Assembly: GCA_013166775.1 (NCBI GenBank)
Contig: JABLTJ010000003.1
Coordinates: forward strand, 32,001 to 96,000
Direction of reading: 5' to 3'
Origin: Promethearchaeati archaeon
GTDB taxonomy: Archaea; Asgardarchaeota; Heimdallarchaeia; Heimdallarchaeales; Heimdallarchaeaceae
Length of the DNA: 64,000 nt
Below, piece by piece: positions 37,699 to 47,749 of the stretch. How positions within the stretch are numbered: position 1 is the first letter of the stretch; each line of letters opens with the position of its first letter. The notes under the pieces are model-generated. The model was not told the origin of the DNA. It searched no databases and saw only the letters and a list, made by a program, of their open reading frames with translations. The position numbers were made by a program, and so were the translations under genes.

Positions 37699-39639
37699 AT
37701 GGTCGTTTTCGAAGTAAATGAAGTAACATTATACAAAATGGGAGTTGGATGGTTATCTTCCAAAGCTTCTTTCACAGACAAAGAGGTATTATTTCCTGTT
37801 CTCGTTAAAAACCAAGATGATTTCCTGAAAACATTCAAAGTTGAAGTTGAAGGAGATGCTCTTCTATCCTCAATTGCTTTTGATACTGATATTGCAAAGG
37901 ATTTGGAGTTACATTACGATGGTAATGCATTAACTTCTCTATTTGAGCTTCTTTCTGGATCATCAGTTGAGCTTGAAACAAAAGATGAGAAGAAATTGAT
38001 AGGACAACTAATAGGCTATCAAGAGCTTGAAACTTCAAGTGATTCCGATGTTCCGAATCTAGAAATTGTTTTAGTAACAAAAGATAAGAAAATTCTTCAT
38101 TTGAATTCAAATGATTTACAAAGTATCATTCCAATTGAGGAATTTTATCAAAAATCTCTTTTAGATCAAATGGAAATCTTATCTAAGAGCAAGAAAGAAG
38201 ATGTCAAGAATTTAAAAATCTCTTTCACAGATGAAGGAGAGAAAGTTGTTACAGTATCTTATTTGACTGATTTACCTGCATGGCAATCATCGTACAGAAT
38301 CTATTCCCTTGATAAAGAAAATGCTGTTTTTGAATTGTGGAGTATTGTTACAAATAACAGTCAACAAGATTGGATAGATGCTGAACTGAGTTTGATAACT
38401 GGATTACCTATCTCATTTAGATATGATATTAGTTCTCCTTGGATAATTCAACGACCTTATGTTAAAAGACCTAATCAAATGGGAATTAGAGTAATGACTC
38501 CTGAAGCTGAATATGAAGAGTTAGCAGAGCCTTTAGCTCCAATGCCAGTTGCAGCAGCTCCAAGGAGAGTTAAGAAAATGGCAGCAAGAGCTATGGCTGA
38601 TATAGAATCGGGGGGATATATTGATGACGAATCCTATGAATATGGAATTGGAGCAGCTGAATCAGCAGAAGTTATAACTACAACTGAGAGTGTTTCATTC
38701 AGTCTCAAGCAACCTGTGACCATTAAGAAAGGGGAATCAGCTCTGTTGTTATTGCATTCAATGAACATTCCAAAGGAAACAATAAATATCTTCAACAAAC
38801 AACAACATGCATCTCATCCTTTCAAAGCTATTGAAGTTGAAAATGTTACTGGATATGGTTGGGAAGAAGGTCCAGTAACTATTTATGAAAAAGGTAGCTA
38901 TGCAGGAGAATCAATGATGAAACGAGTTTCAAAAGGAGATAAACAAATTATCCCCTATCTTGTGGAACAGGATATAATTATCATACAAGATGAGTCTTCT
39001 TCAACTAAGAAAATAGGCATTTCTCTTTCAGGACAATATTATGTTGAGACATATCTCAATAAGAAGATATTCAAACTTGAAATAGATAACAAGAGCGACC
39101 AAGAGAAGGTAATCATTTGCGAAATTCCTAAACAGTATGGTTTCGAATTGGATGAAAAGAAATTGAAGATTGAGACAAAAGAAACTCCTAATTATTTCAG
39201 AGCTAGATTAGTAGTTAATCAGAAATCACTCACTAAATTACAGATTCCAATCCAAAAGAAGACATCTGAGAGTGTTTCGATTGCATCAATCTCTGATGAG
39301 TATCTTGAAGATTTAATAAAATTGGAAACTATAACTGAAAAACAAGCTTCAATTCTTAAGAAGATTAAACAAACAAGAATAGAGAAGAAACAGATAAATG
39401 AACAAATCAATCTTGAACAAACTAATCTTAACAGAATCGACCAAGAATACCAAAGAATAACTTCATCGATAGAAGTGCTTACAAGTCAAGGAGAAGAAGG
39501 AAAAACTAGAGCAAAATACGTCGAAAGAATGAATAATCTTTTTGAAACAATGGAGAATAAAAGACACTCAATTGAAGAACTTCAAGAAAGAATAAAAACA
39601 ATAGATGAAGAGATATACAAGCTACTAGATAAACTCTAA
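37699..39639 (+). CDS. DUF4139-domain protein
   Basis: VTLYKMGVG, DDFLKT, SYL..PAWQSSYRI, NNSQQDW...LSLITG; C-terminal coiled coil. Confidence 0.8.
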   Translation: MVVFEVNEVTLYKMGVGWLSSKASFTDKEVLFPVLVKNQDDFLKTFKVEVEGDALLSSIAFDTDIAKDLELHYDGNALTSLFELLSGSSVELETKDEKKLIGQLIGYQELETSSDSDVPNLEIVLVTKDKKILHLNSNDLQSIIPIEEFYQKSLLDQMEILSKSKKEDVKNLKISFTDEGEKVVTVSYLTDLPAWQSSYRIYSLDKENAVFELWSIVTNNSQQDWIDAELSLITGLPISFRYDISSPWIIQRPYVKRPNQMGIRVMTPEAEYEELAEPLAPMPVAAAPRRVKKMAARAMADIESGGYIDDESYEYGIGAAESAEVITTTESVSFSLKQPVTIKKGESALLLLHSMNIPKETINIFNKQQHASHPFKAIEVENVTGYGWEEGPVTIYEKGSYAGESMMKRVSKGDKQIIPYLVEQDIIIIQDESSSTKKIGISLSGQYYVETYLNKKIFKLEIDNKSDQEKVIICEIPKQYGFELDEKKLKIETKETPNYFRARLVVNQKSLTKLQIPIQKKTSESVSIASISDEYLEDLIKLETITEKQASILKKIKQTRIEKKQINEQINLEQTNLNRIDQEYQRITSSIEVLTSQGEEGKTRAKYVERMNNLFETMENKRHSIEELQERIKTIDEEIYKLLDKL

Positions 39640-39854
39640 CTTATCTTTTTCCATATTTTTTTTAACTATCCAATCAACCACTATTATATGAAAATCAAGA
39701 ATTTCTTCAGAAGATTTACCAAAATATACATACACGGAATCCCATAGTTACAGAAGACAAACAATTGAACGTTCTTATGAAGTTATCAGTGATAAAAGCT
39801 GAAATATAAAAAATTTTCACTAAAAAACTTTTTATTACCCTTTTTTATTTTAAT

Positions 39855-40715
39855 ATGATACATATGTTTGATTTAGAACAAGTCTCTGAAAATGTATGGG
39901 CTCACACAAAGGGAGAGACAAGAGGAAATGTTGCATTTATCAGATTGAAGCAAAGCGGAATCATGGTTGATACAGGGATGGATCCAAAAACTGCTAAAAT
40001 AGCGAGAGATGCAGCTGAAAAAGAAATGGAAGTTCCGATCAAGTATCTAGTTATTACTCACCATCACGGTGATCATGTATTTGGTAATCAAGTACTGGAA
40101 GACTGTGAGATAATCTCTTCAAAAGACATGAAAGAAATAATGGAGGAACAAGTTTCTACAACTTGGACTAAAGAAAAGCTTGAGGAGAGAATGGAACAAG
40201 TTCCGGAATTCAAGGATAAATGGGATGATTTGCGATTTGTTCTGCCTACTACTACATTTGAAGGAGAATATACTATTGAGGAAGAAGGAGTAAAAGTTGA
40301 AATTGTACAAACAAATGGTCATACAAGAGGAAGTAGTTATTTATACATACCAAACGATAATATAGTTATAACAGGAGATTTGCTCTTTGCTGAAACTTTT
40401 CCATATGGGGGAGATCCTTCAGTAGATCCATATTTGTGGATAGATGCATATACTCAGATGATTTATTTGAACCCAGTTAAAGTGGTTCCAGGTCATGGTC
40501 CGATAACATTCAAAGAAGAACTTGAAATACAACAAAAATACCTAGAAATGTTAGTGAAAAAAATTGAGGATCTTGTTGTTGATGGATTGACCAAAGAAGA
40601 AGTTCTTGAGAGAACAGATTTTCCTGAATTTCCCTACGAAGTAGATCCAAATCGATTAAAATCAATGTTAGAAAGATGCTTCGACGTAATTAAAGAAGCT
40701 GTAGAAAGCTATTAG
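39855..40715 (+). CDS. Metallo-beta-lactamase-fold hydrolase
   Basis: VDTG, THHHGDH, GHT, TGDLL, VPGHG. Confidence 0.92.
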   Translation: MIHMFDLEQVSENVWAHTKGETRGNVAFIRLKQSGIMVDTGMDPKTAKIARDAAEKEMEVPIKYLVITHHHGDHVFGNQVLEDCEIISSKDMKEIMEEQVSTTWTKEKLEERMEQVPEFKDKWDDLRFVLPTTTFEGEYTIEEEGVKVEIVQTNGHTRGSSYLYIPNDNIVITGDLLFAETFPYGGDPSVDPYLWIDAYTQMIYLNPVKVVPGHGPITFKEELEIQQKYLEMLVKKIEDLVVDGLTKEEVLERTDFPEFPYEVDPNRLKSMLERCFDVIKEAVESY

Positions 40716-40757
40716 AATGAAATATGTGTGAAAAATTGATAAAGACATTTAATTTTC

Positions 40758-41480
40758 TCATAATCTTCCTTTTAGCCAAGAATCAATCGTTTCAAACATC
40801 TGTTGTCTCCCTGCATCTTTGGGAATTACATGACCACCATTTTCAATCCAAACTAGCTGTCTGTCTGTTGTATTGACATTACTGTAAATCAACTTAGCAT
40901 GTTTGTCAGGTACACTAAGATCTTTCTTACTTTGTATAATCAAGATGGGGACTTGAATGTTTTTTACTTGCTTCTTAGTTTCTTTCAACATTTTATATAA
41001 CTCACTTACACTCTTTATTGGATAATGCTCGTAGCTTTTGTGAGTAGATAGAGCTTCTAAATCTTCCCATCCACTTTCTTCATTTTTGTACCTTGGATAG
41101 ACATAATGAACTAATGGAATTGATAAGAGGTGCATACGCCAATCTGGTGCTTTGTAAACAGGAGCTAAAGTGATAATTCCTGCAACATCTTTATTCCTTG
41201 CTCCTAAAAGTAAGGTTATTGTTCCTCCCATAGATAATCCAACAACGAAAACTTTCTTACACTTATTACTTAATTCATCCAATTTTAATTGAGCAAATTC
41301 TACCCAATCAGTCCATTTTTTTGTAGTTAAATCTTCTTCCGTAGTTTCATGTCCTGGTAGTGTAATATTTCGAACAGAGAATCCTCTGTCTGTTAAGAAT
41401 TCTTCAAGAGGGATCATTTCAAAATGAGTTCCTGTAAAACCATGAATGAGTAAAAATCCTATTTTTTCATTAGAAGACAT
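40758..41480 (-). CDS. Carboxylesterase / monoacylglycerol lipase-like hydrolase
   Basis: LIHGFTG, LPGH, GLSMGG, D..V, GGHV. Likely start is the ATG at 41480. Confidence 0.9.
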   Translation of the reverse strand: MSSNEKIGFLLIHGFTGTHFEMIPLEEFLTDRGFSVRNITLPGHETTEEDLTTKKWTDWVEFAQLKLDELSNKCKKVFVVGLSMGGTITLLLGARNKDVAGIITLAPVYKAPDWRMHLLSIPLVHYVYPRYKNEESGWEDLEALSTHKSYEHYPIKSVSELYKMLKETKKQVKNIQVPILIIQSKKDLSVPDKHAKLIYSNVNTTDRQLVWIENGGHVIPKDAGRQQMFETIDSWLKGRL

Positions 41481-41582
41481 TTGAATCGTGCTTAAATTTA
41501 GACAAATTTCATTCTTTAAAAATATTATAGTTTTAGAGTGTTTATCAGAAAAATTCAATAAGAGGTTAAACAAATTATCCTT

Positions 41583-42167
41583 GTGTTAGATTATTTGTGG
41601 TTTTGGTCAATAATCGTATTCTTCTCAGCTGTGTTAGTCGTATGGTTAATATTTTCCATATATAGAGGAATAAGACATGAAGTATTTCTGGTTGTAAGCT
41701 TTATTTTCTTGATAATAGCTTTGAGTGTCCCTGAAACTGCAGGTAGCTATGGTAGACTAGATTATTACACTCTGATTTCCATAATTCTAGCATCAATCGG
41801 ATTTACCTCCATTTTTGTGGGTGCTCTTTCTACTGGAAGAAGATGGGTAAAAAGAAGAGGAACAGCAAATCTTAACAAATTCACGAATTTGTTGTTTTTT
41901 GCCTATTTTAGACATCCAATAACTTTTGGATGCATGCTTATCTCATTTTCTACAATCTTCTTAATTAGTTCTATAGTCTCCAATGTTCTTGCAGTTGTTG
42001 CTATTTTATCTTTTGTCTTATCCTCATTTGAGAGAGACGTCTTTTTACAGAAAGCTTACGGGTATCCTTACAAATTTTACATGAAAAAAGTTCCACGATT
42101 TAATATATTTCATGGAATCTTAAGATCAATCCTAGTAAGAAAAAAGGAAATAGAAACAGAAGAATGA
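41583..42167 (+). CDS. PEMT/ICMT-like membrane methyltransferase
   Basis: YFRHP and YKFYMKKVPRF motifs; hydrophobic. The usual EE is divergent (FER). Confidence 0.7.
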   Translation: MLDYLWFWSIIVFFSAVLVVWLIFSIYRGIRHEVFLVVSFIFLIIALSVPETAGSYGRLDYYTLISIILASIGFTSIFVGALSTGRRWVKRRGTANLNKFTNLLFFAYFRHPITFGCMLISFSTIFLISSIVSNVLAVVAILSFVLSSFERDVFLQKAYGYPYKFYMKKVPRFNIFHGILRSILVRKKEIETEE

Positions 42168-42247
42168 TTCCTAGATAGGTCTGCGTTTTCTTTGTGAATC
42201 AGAAATACATAATTTATTTCTCTCAAAGTACCTTCAGAGGAATCCAA

Positions 42248-42382
42248 ATGGAAGAAGATTTACTAGGAATACCTATGATAGGAGAGAAAATACTATGTTT
42301 TACTATACAGACACCGCATGGAAAAATGATTTTTCCAAAAGATATGAAAGAGAGTTGGTGGGTACTATTTCAAAGATATTGA
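42248..42382 (+). pseudogene. N-terminal remnant of an archaeal peroxiredoxin
   Basis: PMIGEK..FTIQTPHGKMIFPKDMKESWWVLF matches the Prx6-type N-terminus and stops before the FTPVC active site. Confidence 0.7.
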
Positions 42383-42450
42383 GGAATGAATACCTCAATC
42401 TTTTTCATTTTATAGAAAAGAAATAAGAACCCCCATACTTAATTTAGATT

Positions 42451-43293
42451 ATGAATGAAGAAATTCAGTTCATAACTACTAGAGAAAAACCTGAATTCAA
42501 GATAAGATTAGCAAAATTCCCTTCCAAGGAAGAGAAATATTCTCATCGTAACATAATTGTTATACCTGGCTGGTTAAGTGCTATAGATAATTTTACTCCA
42601 ATGGCTAAAGCTTTGCAAAAATATAGTAATGTTATAATCTATGAACCCAGAGGTTTTGGGAAATCCATTACTTCTCATAAGAAAGGTTATTTCAGTTCAG
42701 AAGAATATAATGATGAATTATCAAAAGTAATTGAACATCTTGGTCTGAAAAACAAGGAATTCATCATTCTTGGTAGCTGTTCAGGAGGTTCACAAACATT
42801 TTGTCACTATTTAGATGGAGACGGACCTAAACCTAGAGCTTTGGTGATTTTTAGCCCTCAAGAGTTCTACAATACTCCATTTTTTGTTCCTGCTCTAGGA
42901 TTAATCCCAACATTCATTATGATTTTTGTTCAGAAGATGATAATCGTACTCTATAGATTTTATTTAAAGGTTCGACGAACAGGAGAATCAGCTAATGTAA
43001 CTTGGGCAGCAGATAGATTGAGGAAAAATGATGATTGGAGTCTTCGTCGATTTGTTGTAGAGTTTATAGTTAAGTATGATATACGAGATAGACAAAAAGA
43101 GATTGATGTTCCAATACAAATGATAGTTGCAAAACAAGATCATTTTGTGGATCCTGAGAAATCAAAGAAATTTATTCATCTCACTGATTCAGAAATTGTT
43201 GAGATTCAGACTGATATGCACAGAATATACGAAGGTAAAGAAGATGAAATAGCCAAAAAAATGAATGATTTCTTGACTAAACTAGCCTATTAA
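42451..43293 (+). CDS. Alpha/beta hydrolase (paralog of 36782..37615)
   Basis: IPGWL, YEPRGFGKS, LGSCSGG elbow. Confidence 0.85.
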   Translation: MNEEIQFITTREKPEFKIRLAKFPSKEEKYSHRNIIVIPGWLSAIDNFTPMAKALQKYSNVIIYEPRGFGKSITSHKKGYFSSEEYNDELSKVIEHLGLKNKEFIILGSCSGGSQTFCHYLDGDGPKPRALVIFSPQEFYNTPFFVPALGLIPTFIMIFVQKMIIVLYRFYLKVRRTGESANVTWAADRLRKNDDWSLRRFVVEFIVKYDIRDRQKEIDVPIQMIVAKQDHFVDPEKSKKFIHLTDSEIVEIQTDMHRIYEGKEDEIAKKMNDFLTKLAY

Positions 43294-43299
43294 ATATCA

Positions 43300-44193
43300 T
43301 TAATCATCATCGTAATTACTCTTAATTGGTTCAAATACTGGCACTAGAGATAATATTACCGTTTTCTTTCCAGTATGAGTTCCAACTAAAGGTGTTGCAA
43401 TTGTAAAATATTCATTACGTATCTTCAGTCTATTCTTTATTTTGTCTCGCAGTTTGCTAGCACCCCTAGGATTAGCAACATGTGAAATTACCATGTCGAA
43501 AATTAGATTCTTGTTAACACGTTTTAACGATGCTTTCAGCATCCGATTCAACATTTGATTTTCAGAGAAAAGTCCAGGAAATTTTGGTTGAAGAACCTTT
43601 TTTTCCTCAAGTACCAAAATCGGCTTAATTCTCAAGAAATTTGTAGTCTTAAGAATAAATTTAGATTTCAATCTGCCTGATTTGTAGATGTTATCAAATG
43701 TATGAAAACCAGCGCATAATAATGAATCTTTTTTCATATGAGTGATTGTATCTTTAATTTCATTTATTGAGCAACCTTTATTTGCTAATTCTACAATATT
43801 TAAAGCAATTAAACCCTCTACTCCTGAAGCTGAATCGGAGTTTACTAAAACTACTTTATCACCAATCTTTCTAGCTGCTATAGCTGCAGAAGCGTAAGTT
43901 CCACTCAGTTCTTTAGATACTGTTACACAAAAAACAAAATCGTACTTCTGCTTCTGAATGAAATTTTCAAAAACCTTATAAAAACTTGCAGGATCTGGAG
44001 CAGCTGTAGTAGGGATTTTTTCTAATCTTTCAAGAATTTCATAATACTCATCAAATGAAATGTCTTTTCCGAGACGAAGTGCTTTATCTTCAAAGGAAAC
44101 AATTTGAGATATTATTTCTATTTTATTATCCCTTATGACATCGAGAGGTAGATCTGCAGATGTATCAGTAATTACTTTTATTTTCAAATGCAT
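43300..44193 (-). CDS. DegV family fatty-acid-binding protein
   Basis: ITDTSADL, PTTAAP, VSKELSGTY, KSGRL, GTHTG. Confidence 0.92.
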   Translation of the reverse strand: MHLKIKVITDTSADLPLDVIRDNKIEIISQIVSFEDKALRLGKDISFDEYYEILERLEKIPTTAAPDPASFYKVFENFIQKQKYDFVFCVTVSKELSGTYASAAIAARKIGDKVVLVNSDSASGVEGLIALNIVELANKGCSINEIKDTITHMKKDSLLCAGFHTFDNIYKSGRLKSKFILKTTNFLRIKPILVLEEKKVLQPKFPGLFSENQMLNRMLKASLKRVNKNLIFDMVISHVANPRGASKLRDKIKNRLKIRNEYFTIATPLVGTHTGKKTVILSLVPVFEPIKSNYDDD

Positions 44194-44274
44194 CTAGATT
44201 TTATATTTGCACATAGCAAAAAACTTTACTGAATATACAAAATTAACTAAGTCAAAAATAAGACACAAGAATAA

Positions 44275-45135
44275 TTAATCTATTGAAGGTAATAATCCCA
44301 TTATTATGGTTCCCTTTCCAGTATTTGTTCCAACTATTGGAGAACAATCAGTAATATAGCTTTCATTTATTTTCACTTTCTTTTTTATCATATTAGTAAC
44401 TCTTTCAGCTCCTTTGGGATTTTCAACGTTAGATACAATAAGGTCATAAGTCAATTCAACTTTTGCTCGTTTGATAATAATATCAACTAATCTCTTTTCC
44501 ATATGAGATTTAAGAAAGAATCCTGGAAATGTTGAAATCAATTCTCCTGGTCGTTCCATTACCGCTACAGGCTTTATTCCGATAAATTTGGTTAGATATA
44601 ACACAAACTTGGATTTTAATCTACCAGACTTGTAAACATTATCAAGTGTGAAGAATCCCACATCTAGGATGTATTCATCCTTTAGTTCTTCGAATATTTC
44701 AAGAATCTCATCAATAGATTTACTTTCACTCAGAAGTTTAACTGCATTCAGAACAAACAAACCCTGCACTCCAGAAGCTGACTCTGTATTAAAAATGGTG
44801 ATCTTATCCTTATAATTCTTAGCAGCTATTCTTGCTGGATTTGCAGTAGAAGAGAGTTTTTCAGATATTGAAATATATATTACATGGCCATATTTTTTTG
44901 TTTCCAAGCTTTCTTTGAATACTTCATCAAAATCTTGAGGTGTAGGAGTTGCATTTTTAGGCATCTCATTCATGTTCTTCAATCTTTGATAATAATCCTT
45001 TACAGAAATACCGATACCTATTTTCCATGCTTGATTTTCAAAGTGAATTGAATGAGGAACAGTTCCAATATCATATTTCTCTACAAATTCTAAAGGAAAA
45101 TCTGCTGCTGAATCAGTTACAACTCGAACCTTCAT
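44275..45135 (-). CDS. DegV family fatty-acid-binding protein
   Basis: VTDSAAD, ISEKLSST, KSGRL, GTNTG. Confidence 0.92.
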   Translation of the reverse strand: MKVRVVTDSAADFPLEFVEKYDIGTVPHSIHFENQAWKIGIGISVKDYYQRLKNMNEMPKNATPTPQDFDEVFKESLETKKYGHVIYISISEKLSSTANPARIAAKNYKDKITIFNTESASGVQGLFVLNAVKLLSESKSIDEILEIFEELKDEYILDVGFFTLDNVYKSGRLKSKFVLYLTKFIGIKPVAVMERPGELISTFPGFFLKSHMEKRLVDIIIKRAKVELTYDLIVSNVENPKGAERVTNMIKKKVKINESYITDCSPIVGTNTGKGTIIMGLLPSID

Positions 45136-45249
45136 AGGACATATTGAAATAACTCACGTATAAGGTTTTACACTTGTTAATATATATGATTTTGAAATTA
45201 AACCTATAAATATTTAAAAAACATCAATTCTATTTCTCTTTGTCTTATC

Positions 45250-47010
45250 ATGAATACAAAAGAAATCGTTGATTGTGCAATGGGGAGAATAAAATCTGAT
45301 ATTGTCCTATTAAACGGTCAACTTGTCAATGTATATACTAAAGAGATAATTGAAGCAGATATTGCTATTAGTAAAGATAGAATTGTCCATGTTGGAAAGA
45401 ACACAAATGACCTAATTGGAGAAAATACCAGGGTTATTGACATTGAAGAGTCAATTATTTGCCCTGGTTTAATCGAATCTCATGTACATATTGAATCATC
45501 GATGTTAACTCTAAGTAGGTTTACAGAAGCTATTGTTCCCCATGGAACTACAACAGCAGTTATTGATCCTCATGAACTAGCAAATGTTGCTGGAATGGAA
45601 GGACTTGAAATTCTCGTTAATGAAGCAAGAAATTCCCCGATTAGCTATTTAATTGAATTACCCTCTTGCGTTCCTTCCTTACCAGGATTTGAAACTCCTG
45701 GTTCTACGATTGATTCAGAACAAGTAAAACAGTTGATTATAAGAGATGAATTCTTTGCATTAGCTGAAATGATGAATTATCCTGGAGTATTCTTAGGGCT
45801 TGAAGAGGTAATGACTAAAATAGATGCAACTAAAAAAGCAGGAAAAATTATTGAGGGACATGCTCCTCTTCTGAAGGAAAAAGAACTTCAGGCGTATGTT
45901 GCTGCTGGTATTTCATCTGATCATGAAGCAACGACGTTTGAGGAAGTTTTAGAAAAATTACGTTTAGGTATGAAATTACAAGTAAGAGAAGGTTCTTTTG
46001 CTAAAGATTTAGGGAATATTCTACAAAATCTAGATGAAAGTAAAATAGATACTCGCAATATATTAATTGCTTCTGATGATAGAAATCCAATTGATTTGAT
46101 AGAGAAAGGACATCTCAATTACACTTACAGGAAGATGGTTCAATTGGGGATGAATCCAATAGAAGCTATTCAAATGATGACTCTGAATACAGCTACTCAT
46201 TTAGGACTAGAGAAGGAAATTGGCGGAATAGCTCCAGGGAAAAGAGCTGATATAATTGTTGTAAACAATCTTGAGGAATTCAATATTAAAATGGTATTTG
46301 CTAAAGGTGAAGTATTATTCGAAAACGGAAAACTCGCTTTTCCAATTCAGGAAAAGAAGTTTCCTGATTTCATTCTAGATACTCTCTCAAAACTAGAAGT
46401 GCCAACCATTGAGAAATTGATGATAAAAGTTAATTCGCAAAATTATGTCAATGTCAGAGTGATAGGTGTAAGTGAGCATTCCTTAATTACTGAAAAGCTT
46501 GAAGCAGAACTCCAAGTACAAGATACTTTCGTTATTCCTGATATTGAAAACGATATTCTTCCGGTAGTAGTTCTTAATAGACATACAAAAGAGGAAAAAA
46601 TAGGTAAAGGATTTGTTAAAGGTTTAGGATTAAAACACGGTGCAATAGCTAGTACAGTAGCTCATGATAGTCATCAACTGATTTGTACAGGATCTAATTA
46701 TGAATTAATGCTTAAAGCAATAGAAGCATTAAAAGAGTCTCATGGAGGTTTAGTGGTTGTCACCATTGATAATATAACAATACTTCCTTTAAAATTCGCA
46801 GGAATCATGAGTACTGGAAAAATTGAGGATGTAGTCCGCCTGAATAAGGAGCTAAATAATGCTTTGAATACTCTAAATCCTGCAATATCCGAATCTTTTA
46901 TGGCGTTAGCATTCCTCGCATTACCAGTCATCCCTCATCTGAAAATCACAGATCATGGTCTAATAGATGTAGATGCTTTCGAAAAAGTGAATCCAATTAT
47001 AGAGGAGTAG
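45250..47010 (+). CDS. ade: Adenine deaminase
   Basis: HVHIESS, DPHELANV, EMMNYPG, SDHE, REGS, AHDSH, LPVIP.LKITD.GL. Confidence 0.95.
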   Translation: MNTKEIVDCAMGRIKSDIVLLNGQLVNVYTKEIIEADIAISKDRIVHVGKNTNDLIGENTRVIDIEESIICPGLIESHVHIESSMLTLSRFTEAIVPHGTTTAVIDPHELANVAGMEGLEILVNEARNSPISYLIELPSCVPSLPGFETPGSTIDSEQVKQLIIRDEFFALAEMMNYPGVFLGLEEVMTKIDATKKAGKIIEGHAPLLKEKELQAYVAAGISSDHEATTFEEVLEKLRLGMKLQVREGSFAKDLGNILQNLDESKIDTRNILIASDDRNPIDLIEKGHLNYTYRKMVQLGMNPIEAIQMMTLNTATHLGLEKEIGGIAPGKRADIIVVNNLEEFNIKMVFAKGEVLFENGKLAFPIQEKKFPDFILDTLSKLEVPTIEKLMIKVNSQNYVNVRVIGVSEHSLITEKLEAELQVQDTFVIPDIENDILPVVVLNRHTKEEKIGKGFVKGLGLKHGAIASTVAHDSHQLICTGSNYELMLKAIEALKESHGGLVVVTIDNITILPLKFAGIMSTGKIEDVVRLNKELNNALNTLNPAISESFMALAFLALPVIPHLKITDHGLIDVDAFEKVNPIIEE

Positions 47011-47033
47011 AAATAAATTTCGAGATTGATGGA

Positions 47034-47672
47034 ATGAAAAGTGGATATGGAGATTTAGTCAATGAAATTAACTCTCTTATCAAAAGTGAAGTAAATTTAA
47101 CTGTAGAGAGTAAAATAAAAAAATTTGAAGAATTAGGGCAACAGACTAAAGAAGAAATCTTTCTTGAAATGTGTTTTTGTATACTTACAGCAAACTTTCA
47201 AGCAGAAAGAGGAGTTATAATACATAAAGCAATTGAGAGAGGTTTTCTTACACTAAATGAAAAAAACCTAGCAAGAAAACTTAAGGAACTAGGTTATAGA
47301 TTTCCTAACACAAGATCGCAATACATAGTTGAATCTAGAGCTCAAATAAATCAGATTTATCAACTATCAATATTAGAAAAACCTGAAATCGAATCTAGAG
47401 AATGGTTAGTTCATAATATCAAAGGACTTGGAATGAAAGAATCAAGTCATTTTTTAAGAAATATTGGTTTTAAAGATCTTGCAATTATCGATTTTCACAT
47501 TATAGATTTACTAGAAAAATACGAAATTATCTCCAAACCTATAACTATGACTAAGAATAAATATCTTGAAATAGAAGGCATATTGCGTGATATTGCTCAT
47601 AAGTTAGAACTTTATCTAGCACAATTGGATTTATTTCTTTGGTTCATTGAAACTGGGAAGATAATAAAATAA
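47034..47672 (+). CDS. ogg: 8-oxoguanine N-glycosylase/DNA lyase
   Basis: FCILTAN, GYRFPNTR, KGLGMKESSHFLRN, AIID, C-terminal TGKIIK. Confidence 0.93.
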   Translation: MKSGYGDLVNEINSLIKSEVNLTVESKIKKFEELGQQTKEEIFLEMCFCILTANFQAERGVIIHKAIERGFLTLNEKNLARKLKELGYRFPNTRSQYIVESRAQINQIYQLSILEKPEIESREWLVHNIKGLGMKESSHFLRNIGFKDLAIIDFHIIDLLEKYEIISKPITMTKNKYLEIEGILRDIAHKLELYLAQLDLFLWFIETGKIIK

Positions 47673-47749
47673 TGCGAATTTTACTCCTCCAAACTAGCAA
47701 TAATATAAATAATTAGAATATCTTAGTTTAATTAGCTGGAAGAGAGGAA

